Positions 12,478 to 24,499 of a stretch of DNA of 64,000 nucleotides are shown here, piece by piece. The notes beneath the pieces were generated by a model that had not been told where the DNA came from, did not search any database, and saw only the letters and a program-made list of their open reading frames with translations. The position numbers were made by a program, and so were the translations under genes. Origin of the DNA: Mobula hypostoma (taxonomy: Eukaryota); the NCBI RefSeq assembly GCF_963921235.1, contig NC_086108.1, forward strand, positions 94,304,001 through 94,368,000. The letters are read 5' to 3'. The first letter of the stretch is position 1; the number at the start of each line of letters is the position of its first letter.

Positions 12478-13870
12478 CTCCAAATCTTCCTCTGCTACAT
12501 TGACAACTGCTTTGGCGCTGCTTCATGCACCCATGCTGAGCTCCTTAATTTTAATCAATATTGCCTTTAACTTCCACCCCGCCAATAAATTCACTTAGTC
12601 CATCTGACACCTTCCTCCTCTTTCTTGATCTGCCTCCATCTCTGGAGACAAACTGTTAACCGATATTTTTTTATATATAAATGTACTGATTCCCACAGTT
12701 ATCTTGACTAATTATCTTCCCACCCTATCTCTAAAAATGCTATTCATTTTTCTCAGTTTCTTTGCTTCCACTGCATCTGTTCCCAGGACACAGTTTTCCA
12801 TTCCAGGACTCTCCTTTAAAGAACAGGGTTTCCATTCCCCCACTATTGATGCTGCCCTCACCCACATGCCCTTCATTTCCCGTACATCTGCGCTCACCCC
12901 ATCTTCCCACCACCTTAGTGTTAAGAGTTCCTCGTCATTACCTATCACCCCATCAGACTCCTCATCCAACACATTATCCTCTGCAACTTCTGCCATCTCC
13001 AAAGGGATCCTACCATTAAACACATCTTTACCTCTTTACCTCCCCCCCCCCATGCTTTCCATAGGGATTGCTTCCCCCGTGATTCCCCTGTCCATTCATC
13101 CCTTTCCACTAATCTCCCTTCTGGCATTTATCCCTGCAAGCAGCCTAAGTGCTACACTTACTCCCTTCACCTCCATTCAGGTCCCCAGGCAGTCCTTCCA
13201 GGTGAGGCAACACTTCACCTGTGAATCTGCTGGGATCATCTATTGCGTCTCGTGCTCCTGATGTGGCCTCCTCTACCCTGGTGAGCCCCATCACAAGTTA
13301 GGGGACCACTTTATCGACCAGCTCTACAACATCTGTCACAGCAGGATTTCCCGGTGGCCAAATATTTTAATTCCGATTCCCAATTTCATTCCAATATGTC
13401 AGTTCACGGCCTCCTCTTGTGCCAAGACGAGGCCACCCTAAGGGTGGAGGAGCAACACCTTATATTCCGTCTCGGTAGTCTCCAACTTGATGGCATGAAT
13501 ACCAATTTCTCCTTCTGATAAGTATTCCTCCACCCATCTTCCTCTATTCCCCAGTCTGACCTTTTACCTCTTCTCACCTGCCTATCACTCCCCCTAGTGC
13601 CCCTGGTTCACTCTCCTCTCCTATCAGATTCCTTCTTCTCCAGCCCTTGAGCTTTCCCACCTACCTGGCTTTTTATCACCTCCCAGCTAACCTCCTTCCC
13701 CTCCCCCCAACTTTTTTTTTCCTGGTGTCTTGTCCCTTCCTTCTCAGTCCTGAAGAAAGTCCCAAAACATCGACTGTTCACTCATTTCCATAGATGCTGC
13801 CTGACCTGCTGAGTTCTTTTTGTGTGTGTTGCTTTGGATTTCCAGTACATGCAGACTTTCTCGTGTTTAT
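12478..13870 (+). mobile_element. Penelope-like element (RT C-terminal part + GIY-YIG endonuclease + terminal repeat), decayed
   Basis: FLCYIDNCFGAASCTHAEL (YIDD-derived), FQVRQHFTCESAGIIYCVSCS*CGLLY; pyrimidine-rich 3' part; decayed hammerhead core at ~13746-13775. Confidence 0.88.
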
Positions 13871-14196
13871 CTTCTTCAGTAGATGTCCTCACCTCTCCGT
13901 TTCCAGTATTTCACAGAAGTGAAGTATCCTGGAATATTTAATTCCCAACCTTGCACATGAAGCAATCCTATCTCTCAATGGTTATGAGATCAAATCAATT
14001 TCATTCTACCTTTATTATCTAATCTTTCATCCTTATGCATCTAGAGGTGATGCATTCAAATTCACGTGCCCATTTGACCGACTATACTTTAATTATTAAA
14101 GTACCTCTATTAAGATCTATTTCCTCGACTGAACCATTTTTAGCTAAATCACTAAAACCGTCTACAGGCTTATCTTCTCTGACACTGTTTCTCAAT

Positions 14197-14445
14197 TTCA
14201 GAATCAGAACCAGATTTAATACCATCAGCATATCTTGAGAAATTTGTTGATTTTGCGGCAGCAGTACAATGCAATACACGATAAATATAGGGAAAAAAAC
14301 TGAATTACAGTAAATATGTGCATTAGTTAAATTAAGCTAAGTAATGCAAAATCAGAAATTAATTTAAAAAAAATAGTAAGGTAGTGTTCAGGCATTCAAT
14401 GTCCATTTAGAAATCATATGGCAGAGGGGAAGAAGCTATTCCTGA
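14197..14445 (-). mobile_element. Rex/Babar-type LINE 3' end
   Basis: TCAGAA-type tail; similar to 41485 and 53880 copies. Confidence 0.6.
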
Positions 14446-14637
14446 AAATCACTTGGCGTGAATTTACGCTCAAATCTCCACCATCTTTTCCACTTGTTTC
14501 AAACCCCATCTGCCAATCACTTCACTGGGCCACTTCTCAATAGCCAAGTTTTTTTTTGCTCAGGCAACAAGTTAAAAAAAGGAAGGGAAATAACATTGTT
14601 TGCTCTACACTATATTAAGATTAATATAAATACTCAC

Positions 14638-14785
14638 TGTTTTTCTTTCAATTTTCAGATCATGAGCATATCTAACAAGCTCTCCATAGACTCTGTGGCC
14701 TATTTCTTCAGCAACAACTTCACGTTGGCCTGCATAGTCATTGAGTTCATTGAGAACTTGGAAGAAGGATTGACAATAGGAAAAC
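14638..14785 (-). CDS. FNBP1L: FNBP1L exon 4 (148 nt): (R)FSYCQSFFQVLNELNDYAGQREVVAEEIGHRVYGELVRYAHDLKIERKT
   Basis: LNELNDYAGQREVVAEE..HRVYGEL.RYAHDLK is FNBP1L-type; tgCAG acceptor, GTGAGT donor; phase 2 to 0. Confidence 0.97.
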
Positions 14786-15077
14786 CTGCAGCAAAATGAC
14801 GAGAGTTAGTATATCTAGAAGCAGCATCAAGGGGCCTCCTGGGTATACAAAACTGAACCCATCCAAAAGCCTTTCAAACATTGCAACTGCCTCCACCATC
14901 TCTGCATCTTAAGTAATCTTCATATAATGTCTTCAGTCAGATAATCAATAGTTCAAGCTCAAACAAAAGATGAAAGCACATAATGAGTTGACAAAGTAGC
15001 AATGAAAGACTGGCACCATTGTAAAAAAAAAAGCAGGTGAAATCTTTAGTTTCCACCCGATGTTTATTTGATAGCTC

Positions 15078-16516
15078 AAGATCAAAAATTCAAAGTAAAT
15101 ATATTATCAAAGTACATAAATGTTATCATATACAACACAAATTCATTTTCTTGTGGGTATACATAGTAAATCCAAGAAACAATAGAATCAACAAAAGACC
15201 GGACCCAAAAGGATAGACAAACAACCAATGTACAAAAGACAAACTGCAAAGAAAAATACAATAATAAGCAAAAATATCATGAACATGAGATGAAGAGTTC
15301 CTGAAAGTGAGTCCATAGTTTGTGGGAACAATTCAATAAAGGGGACGGTGAAGTTGAGTGAAGCCATCCCCTCTGGTTCAAGAGCCTGGTGGATGAGGGA
15401 TAATAACTCTTCTTGGACCTGGTGCTGTGGGTCTGCAGCTCCTGTACGTTCTTCCTGATGACAACAGCAAGAAGAAACCAAGGCTGGATGGTGAGGGTGC
15501 TTGATGATGGATGCTGCTTTCCTGTGACAGAGCTCTTTGCAGATATGCTCCATACTGGGAAGTACTTTACCTGTAACAGACTGGATGGTATCCACTATTT
15601 TTTGTAGGATTTTCCATTCAAGGGCATTGGTGTTTCCTACCATGCCATGATACAACCAGTCAATATACTCTACACCACACATTTGTCAAAGTTTTAGATT
15701 TCATCCATAGATGTTTGTCCACGTTTTAGATGACCTGAGCAGATTAAATATGGCAAAGTTATTTTGCATGGTAGGGGAGTCTAGGACAAGAGGGCATGAC
15801 TTCAGGATTGAAGGATGTCAATTTAGAACAGAGATGCGGAGAAATTACTTTAGTCAGAGGGTGGAAATCTGTGGAATTTGTTGCCACGAGAGGCTGTGGA
15901 GGCCAAGTCATTGGGTATATTTAAGGCAGAGATAGATAGGTTCTTGATTAGTCAGGGCATGAAAGGGTATGGGGAGAAGGCAGGGGAATGGGGATAACTG
16001 GAAGAATTGGATCTGCCCATGATTGAATGGTGGAGCAGACACAGTGGGCCGAATGGCCTACTTCTGCTCCTGTATCTTATGGTCTTACGGTCATGCAGAA
16101 TCTTCACCAACTCCTAAGTAGTGGCGCTCCTGTGCTTCCTCCATAATGGCACTTATGTACTGGACCCAGGACAGATCCTCTGAAATGATAACACAGAGGA
16201 ATTTAAAGTTGCTGACCCTTGCCACCTTTCATCACCAGTTGAGAGCTGGCTCGTGGACTTCTGGCTTCTTCCTCTTGTAGTCAATAATCAGCTCTTTCGT
16301 TGAGTGAGAGGTTGTTCTTATGGCATAATTCAACCGGATTTTTAATCTGCCTCCCATATGCCAATTCGTCACCATCTTTGATTTGGCCAATGACAGTTGT
16401 GCCGTCAGCAAACCTAAACATGGTTTTGGAGTAGTATTTAGCCAGACGTAGGTATAAAACAAGTAGAGAGGAGGGCTATGCACACAGCCTTGTGGTGCAC
16501 CTGTGCTGATGGTGAC
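15078..16516 (-). mobile_element. Rex/Babar LINE RT fragment containing a CR1 3' piece (~15733-16092, +)
   Basis: TISTGAPQGCVHSPPLY, TKELIIDYKRK, KAASIIKHPHHP; a further LFIDYSSAINTI piece at ~21985-22050. Confidence 0.85.
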
Positions 16517-16520
16517 TGTA

Positions 16521-17232
16521 TGAAACCCCTTTTTACTGGGCATCTCTGGAAATGCAGCTCGTTAGCTCCTTGCCAACAGCCACTGGACTCCATGGCGAAA
16601 ACCCACCTTTCCCAGGCTTCGTACGTCTAGGGTGTATATGACTTCAGCCCCGCCAAATCCAAGGGGTTGGGACATCTCGCCCAAGCCCCGGTTTGTGTGA
16701 ATGGCTGTGTGATTTACTGCCCTGCAATAGCCCGTTAGCATGAAGTAACAAAACGCACATTGCATACAATTATAAAGTATATTTGTGAACATTATCTTAA
16801 CCAAAGAGTGAGTAAAGAAAAGAAAGAAAAAAAAGGGCCTATTATAATTAAACAGTGAAATGAGCACAGGTTGGAGCTATTATCTTCCAAAAGCCATAAT
16901 CACTGATCCTAGGTAGACCTCCACACCTTGGCTCCATTGCATCACGTTTTCCCGCCAGATCCAATCCTACGACCCGCTGTCTCTAGCGCCTTCCCTCTTC
17001 ATCTCTCGCCAAAGTCTGAGCCCAAACTTAGTGTCTCTAAAAAAAACTCTCACAGCGTTCTCTAGAACCTTCCCCAGTTCTACCATCCTAAATTGATGAC
17101 AGTGTCCTCAGCATCCCTCATCTTCAACGATAACCCAAACAGACTGAAAGCAGAAGAGACTGCTCTGACAGAACTGCTAAAATTAAATACCTACAGCATA
17201 ACAGTAAAAAAAATGTGACCCAGGGCACTAAA
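16521..17232. mobile_element. Possible solo LTR or unclassified insertion within the Rex element
   Basis: About 710 bp non-coding block interrupting Rex, which appears to resume at ~17233; starts TG; ends decayed. Confidence 0.35.
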
Positions 17233-17248
17233 TATGGATGAGATGTTA

Positions 17249-20200
17249 GACCACGAGTCATAGGAGCAGAATTAGGCCATTCATCCCTGCTTGTTACTTC
17301 CTCAAAGAACTCCAACAGATTTGTCAGGCAAGATTTCCCTTGACAGAAATCATGCTGACTTTGACTTATTTTATTATTAGTCTCCAAGTACCCCAAAAAC
17401 GTCATTCTCAACAATAGACCGCAACACTTTCCAAACCACTGAGGTTAGACTAACTGGTCTATAATTTCCTTTCTTTTGCCATCCTCCCTTCATAAAGAAT
17501 GGAGTGACACATACAACTTTCCAGTCCTCCGAGACCATGGCATCCATGACCTCTTCAGCAACCTCTCTCAGGACTCTGGGATGAAGTCCATCTGGTCCAG
17601 TTGGTTTATCCACCTTACGATCCTACAGTTTGCCTAGCACTTGTTCCTTTTTAATAGCAACAGCACTCACTGCTGCTCCCTGACACTCAAGGACCTCTGG
17701 CACACTGCTAGTATCTTCCACAGTGAAGACAGATGCAAAGTACTCATTAAGTTAATCTGCAAATTCTTCGCCCCCCCCCCCCCCATTACCACCTCGCCAG
17801 CGTTATTTTCCAGTGGTCCAAATATCAACTCTCACCTCCCTTCTACTCTTTATATAACTTAAACTTTTAGAATCTTGCTTTATATTATTAGACAAGACCA
17901 TAAGACATAGGAGCAGAATTAGCCATTTGGGCCATCAAGTCTGCTTTGCCATTCAATCATGCCTGATCCTTTTTTCTCTCCCTTCTCAGCCCCACTTCCT
18001 GGCCTTCACAATGAAGACTGAGGAAAAATACACATATAGTTCATCTGACATCTCCTTGGCCCATTATTTCTCCTCCCTCATTTTCTAGCAGTCCTATATC
18101 CACTCACATCTCTCATTTTTTTTTACATACTTGAGAGAGCTATTACTATCCACTTTGATATTGCTTGCCTTCATATTTTATCTTTTCCCTCCTAATGATT
18201 CTTTTAGTTGCTCTCTATAGGGTTTGAAAAGCTTCCCACTAATTTTTACTTTGTTCTATGTCCTCGCTTTTGCTTTTACATTAGCACTGACTTCCCTTAT
18301 CAGCCACGGTTGTACAATTTTGCCATTTGAGTATTTCTTTGTTTCTGGAATACAGGTGTCCCCTGCTTTTCGAACGTTCGCTTTACGAAACCTCACTGTT
18401 ACGAAAGATCGACATTAGTACCCTGTTTTCGCTTTCAGAAGGTGTTTTCACTGTTACGAAAAAAAGCAGCATGCGGGGAAAATCAGCACACGAAAAAATC
18501 AGCGGGCAATAAAAGGCAGCACGCCACGCGCCCCAAGCAGCCGCTCTCCCTGGATTCGGAACTGCATTCTCGACAACATTGCTTAAACACGTGCCTGTGA
18601 GCAGCCGCTTGCAAGATGAGTTCTAAGGTGTTGGAAAAGCCTAAAAGAGCTCGTAAGCATGTTACACTTAGCGAAAAACTAGACATAATTGAGCATTTTG
18701 ATCATGGTGAACAAAGTAAGGACTACGTGAGTTTGGCTTGTGGAAGGTGACAAACATGATGTTGAAGAGGTTTTGGCATCCCATGACCAAGAACTGGTAG
18801 ATGAAGAGCTGATGCAATTGGAAGAGGAAAGGATAACAATCGAAACCAAATGCAGTAGCGAACGGACCGAAAGTGACTGCAAGAGATTTTCGCTGCAGTG
18901 GTAAAGCACGACTTTAATTTTGAAAGGGTACGTAGGCTTAGGGGATATTTGCAGGATGGCTTAGGTCCTTATAAAGAACTGTATGATAGAAAAATGCGCG
19001 AGGCTCAGCAGTCAAGCAAGCCTTCCGCATTCATCACAGCAGACGACGAATCTCAACCTTCGACATCGAGGCAGGCAGTCATAGGAGAAGATGAGCTGCC
19101 TGCTCTAATGGAAACAGACGACGAGATGACACCCCAGTGTCCCACCACCCTAACACCCAGGCCGCGGACAGATACTGTACCGATTCGCAGAGAATGCAGC
19201 AATAGCCGGGAGGCACACAGCACATCTTTAAGAAAAAAGCCGAAATAAACTCACTAATTAATTAGGTGCCATCCGCCACGTAATTAATTAGCATGTTTAT
19301 TTTGGGTTTTTTCTTAAAGATGTGCTGTGTGCCTCCCGGCTACCGTTGGACCCCTGCGTGCTTCGCGGCAATTTATCGGTTAGCGGCCTGAAGGGTGGGG
19401 GCCACTGCACCACCCAACCTGCGACGACTCAGTCTAACGCACCATCATCAGTGTGTCGGCGCTGTCCCGATTCCTGTAAGTGATACTACACTGTACATAC
19501 ATTATTTCTACTTTATATCGGCTGTGTATTTTTATGTGTTATTTGGTATGATTTGGCAGCTTCATAGCTTAAAGGTTACCGGAGAGTGCTTGCGCCGTGT
19601 TTCTGCCGAGAGCGCTTGAGTGAGATTTTCTGCCGACGGCGCTTGCGTGAGAATTTCGCTACGGAGAACAGTGCAGTAATGATTGTGGAAAAGTATTTCT
19701 ACTTTATATAGGCTGTGTATTTATTATATCATTCCTGCTTTTACTATATGTTAATGTTATTTTAGGTTTTATGTGTTATTTGTCACGATTTGGTAGGTTA
19801 TTTTTGGGTCTGCGAACGCTCACAAAATTTTCCCATATAAATAAATGGTAATTGCTTCCTCGCTTTACAACATTTCAGCTTACGGACCGTTTCATAGGAA
19901 CGCTCTACCTTCGGATGGCGGGGGAAACCTGTACATCTATCTTGCACCTTCTTCATTTTTCCTAGAAGCTCATGACATTGTTGTTCTGCTGTCATCCCTG
20001 CCAGCATTTCCTTCCAATTTGCTTTGACCAACTCCTCTCTCATACCACTATAATTTCCTTTACTCCACTGAAATACTGCTATGTCAGACTTTACCTTCTC
20101 CCTATCAAATTTCAAGTTGAACTCAATCATATTGTGATTACTGCCTTCTAAGGGTTCTTTTACCTTAATCACCCTAATCACCTCCAGTTCATTACATTCA

Positions 20201-21900
20201 ATCCAGTATAACTGATCCCCTAATAGGCTTAACGACAAACTGCTCTAAAAAGTTATCTCATAGGCATTCAACAAACTCTCTCTCGGGATCCATTTCCAAC
20301 CTGATTTTCCCAAATGACCTGCATGTTGAAATCTCCCATGACTATCATAATATTGCCCTTTTGACACCTTTTCTATTTCCTGTTATAATCTGTGGTCCAC
20401 ATCCCAGTTACTATTGGGAGGCCTATATATAACTGCCATCAGGGTCTTTTTACCCTTGCAATTTCTTAACTCAACCCAAAAGGATTCACATCTTCCAACC
20501 CTATGGCTATTTATTATTGGCTAGTTTGCCCTCATTTCTTTTCCCTTCTTATAGCTTTTTTAGTTGACTTTTGTTGGATTTCAAAAGTTTCCCAATCATC
20601 CAACTTCCCTCTCACTTTTACTACCTTATATGCCCTTTCTTTGGCTTTTATACAGTCTTTAACTTCCCTTGTCAGCCACTGTTGCCCACCCCTGCCATTT
20701 GAGAACAACTTCTTCCATGGGACATATCTATCTAGTGCCTTGTAGGCTATTTCCAGAGACTATTTCCACAGGCTCTACTATGCCATCATCCCTGCTAGTA
20801 TCTGCCTCCAATCCAAATGGACATGCTCTTCTCAAGTCTCTGCAATTCCCATTATTCCATTGCAACACTGATACACGTGACTTGTTCTTCTCCCTATCAA
20901 ATTGCAGTATGAGTTCAATCATATTATGATCACTGCCTCCTAAGATTTCCTTTATGTTAAGTGCCCTAATAAGATCTGGGTTATCACACAACACGCTACC
21001 CAAGATAGCCTTTCCCCTAGTAGGCTCAAGCACAAGCTGCTCTAATAAGCCATATCATTGGCATTCAACAAATTCCTTCTCTTATGATCCAACACCAACC
21101 TGATTTTCCCAATCCCACTGCATACTGAAGTCCATTACAATTGTGACATTACCCTTATCACACGCCTTTTCCAGCTCCCTTTGCAATCTCAACTCCACAT
21201 CTTGGCTACTATTTGCAGGCCTATATACAATTCCCATAATGTTTTTTTTTTAAACCTTGCTGTTTCTTAATTCCACCCACAAAGATTCAGCATTCTCTGA
21301 CCCTATGTCAGCCTCTTTCTAAAGACGTAATTCCATCTCTTACCAACAGAGCCACACCACCGCCTATGCCTTCCTACCTGTCCTTTTGATACAAGCTTAG
21401 TCGTTAAGCTCCGACTAAGGCATTTTTTCAGCTACAACTCAGTAATGCCCACAATGTCATACCGACCAATCACGAGTTCGTCCACCTTATTCCAAAGGCT
21501 ACGCGCTTTTAAATGCAACACCTTCAGTCCTGCATTCTTCATGCTTTTGAATTTTGCCTCTGTGGTACAAGTTAACTTTTTGCTCTGTGTGCATTTGTAC
21601 CCAGCCATTGGCTTATCCTTACTTGCATTCATGTTACACCCATCATCTACCTGTAAACTTGCTGACTCATCCTCAGTTCCATCATACTGGTTCCCATCCC
21701 TCTGCCATATTAGCTTAAACTACTCCCAAAAGCTCTCGTAAACCTGCCCGAAAGAATATCAGTTCCCCGCCCCCCCCCCAGACCAAGTACGACCTGGCCC
21801 TTTTGTTCAGGTCCCACCTGCCCCAGATGAGGTCCCAATCATCCAGAAATCTGAATTCCTGCCCTGTGCTCCAATTCTTCAGCCACACATTTATCTGCCA
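17249..21900 (-). mobile_element. Stack of several truncated or internally deleted CR1 copies
   Basis: CR1 tails at ~17249 and ~17893; GPDGLHPRVL, NYRPVSLTS, GSDHNMIE, LKARSLWNKVDEL; ORF1 C-terminal remnant at ~21720-21900. Confidence 0.88.
18353..19931 (+). mobile_element. Tigger/pogo DNA transposon, internally deleted
   Basis: TA TSD; imperfect TIRs CAGGTGTCCCC / GGGGAAACCTG; MSSKVLEKPKRARKHVTLSEKLDII (CENP-B-type HTH start) joined to acidic DVEEVLASHDQELVDEELMQLEEE; interrupts a CR1. Confidence 0.88.
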
Positions 21901-22229
21901 CCTCATTCCATAGATTGATTGCTGGGTGGTGCAGCTCGTTGGGCCAGAAGGACCTATTCTGCACTGTATCTCTAAATAAAATAGCTTCAAGGAGATGGTG
22001 TTAATTGCTGAGCTGTAGTCAATAAAGAGCACCCTGATGAATGCATCTTCATAAATCTCATTGCAAAATATGGAACATTGCCTGCCAGATTTTGATACAA
22101 CAAATGGTTAATTTTCTTCCAATGTTTTAACTGGTTGCAGACTTCAGGACTGTCTGAAAGCTGAAAGGTGCAATTTAAATGGTTTTTCCTTTCCCTTGCT
22201 GCAGCTTAGCTTTATAATAAGTTAACATA

Positions 22230-22645
22230 CAGTACTGTACAAAAGTCTTAGGCACCCTAGGTCCTTTTTTTAAAAAAAAATATGGTTTCAAATTGTATGG
22301 CCTCCACAGAGCTCTGATCTCAGTATCAATCAAAGCTGTCTGGGATTACAGAAGCAAGCAATACAGACAAAGTCTGCAGAAGAACTGGTGCAAGTTCTCC
22401 AAGATGCTTGGACCAACCTACCAGTCGATTTTCTTACAAAACTGCATAACAGTGTACGTGAGAGAATTAATGCAGTTTTAAAAGCAAAGGGTGATCCCGC
22501 CAAATATTCATTTGATTTTTTTTTAAACTGTTTACTGCTCTTTATAGTTTTTGATACTTAGAAACTTGCTAGCTCATTATTTTAGAAAGCATCTTTGTTT
22601 ACAGTATTTTTTAAAACGCATGCCTAAGACTTTTGCACGGTACTG
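22230..22645 (+). mobile_element. Second copy of the Tc1-derived MITE
   Basis: TA|CAGTACTGTACAAAAGTCTTAGGCA...TGCCTAAGACTTTTGCACGGTACTG|TA; colinear with 10130-10516. Confidence 0.88.
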
Positions 22646-22952
22646 TAAGTAGATTGCGAGTTAAAGAAGGTGAAGCAACATGCTTCCCTCAAAGGTCGGG
22701 GCATTAGGCATTGAATGTTAGAAGTTTGGAAGCCACATTGCAACTGTGTAAGACTTTGATTGGAGTATTGTCTACAGATCTGATTGCTGCATTACAGGAA
22801 AGAGGAGGGTGCAGGACCAAAATAATCAAAGTGCCACCTGTTGATTCATTTCCATAGAAGCAACTCCAGGCTTCATGATGTTTACTCGCCTCTGCACTGA
22901 ACTGAGGCTGAGGCCGTGGGCTGCTCCGGGCTTCGTTTATGGACTGTTTAGT

Positions 22953-23915
22953 GCGCATGCGCCGGTGGTGCATGCAGCCTGTTACAGCCGTTCCAACTAG
23001 TTTTCTTACTTTTTTCTTCTTACTTTTTTAACTTACGTTATTTGTTGTATTTTTTTTCACGGTAACACGTTGAAGCTGCAACCTCTCTAACATGCTGATG
23101 GAGGGAGTTTTATTTGGGTTTTTAGCGCTGGAAACAGTTACATTAGGACACGTCTCATTAGCGGGGCAGCAGTATGGTCGCATTGTTTATTCCAGGGACC
23201 AGCTGATTGCGCTTCTGCCGGCCGGTTTAGCGAACAGAGCGGTGGATACCCCGGCTGAAATCTGGAGGAAAACACACAGAGGATGCAGAGGGGGATCAAA
23301 AAGGCGAGGAAAGAGGACCAGGTCGAGATAACAGAGACTTACGGAGAATAGTTCAGTGGGTAATAAAATGGACAAGTTGATGGCGCTAGCCAGGAATCAG
23401 AGAACATTTCGGGAGAGCAGCGTTATGTGTTTTACTGAAACGTGGCTGCACGTGGACATACCCGACCAAAACTTTTCCATGGAGGGCTTCCAGACCATTC
23501 GGGCTGACCGGAAGTGCACTGAGAGCAGTAAGCGTAAAGGAGTTGGGGGCTTGCTGTTCTGGTTAACAACGGATGGTGCAATCCTGGTCATATTACGATC
23601 GAGGAACGTGTTTGTAGCCCGGATATTGAACTTTTTGCTGTTGGACTCCGGCCATATTCCTCCGAGATACAACACTGGGCGTCACGGGAGGTTGTTCCTG
23701 CCTGTGGCCATCGAACTTTGCAGCTCCTCCCATGGAGGGTCAGACACCCTGAGCCAATAGGCTGGTCCTGGACATTTCCATCTGGCATAATTTGTATATT
23801 GTTGTTTGATTGTTTGTGGTTTTTGTATTGCTGTATCTATGCTCTATTCTTGGTTGGTGCAGCTGTAACCAAACTCAATTTCCCTCGGGGTCAATAAAGT
23901 ATGTCTATGTCTATG
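22953..23915 (+). mobile_element. Rex/Babar LINE with 5' end and APE N-terminus joined directly to the 3' end (large internal deletion)
   Basis: GNKMDKL..SVMCFTETWL..FQTIRADR, then a jump at ~23655 to PRYNTGRHGRLFLPVAI; (TATGTC)n tail. Confidence 0.8.
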
Positions 23916-24499
23916 ACCATGTATGTCTTTCGTTCTGAATGCTACTTGTTTACTTTCATTGTTTGCACGATTTTTTTCTCTCTCAGAACATCAGGTCTTT
24001 TTAACAGTCTTTTTTTTAAGAAAAAATAGGTTCTTTTGTATTAGCATAATGTATACATACTTTGATAATAAATGTACTTTGAACTTTGACTCCGAGTTCC
24101 TGCAGGATTTTGTGTGTCATCAGAATGTTACCTGGATTAGAGATAAACTTGAAATGTTTTCTTCAGAGGGTAGGATTTAGAGGGACAACCTGATAGAATA
24201 CTGAATTACAAGAAGTAAAGATACGGTAGATAGTCAGGGTCTTTCTTCTCAAGTTAAAATATCAAATACTACTGGGTAAAGATTTCCATGGGGGGGGCGG
24301 AGTTATGGATATTTGCAAACTAATTTAAAAACACATTTTCTTAATCCTGGATGAGAAACATTCTCACTAAAATGAACAAGACTTCTAGTCCTAGTCCATC
24401 CTGATCAGTGCAGGACAGGAGAAGCATAATCCTCACAAAATACATTGGGAATGAATTGTGGGATCATATAATCCTATATATTACAAGGCCATAAGGCAT

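Noticed and set aside
14458..14799. Plus-strand ORFs overlapping exons (also 1192-1434, 5347-5634, 29197-29475)
   Set aside because: Antisense shadows of FNBP1L exons with no recognisable product
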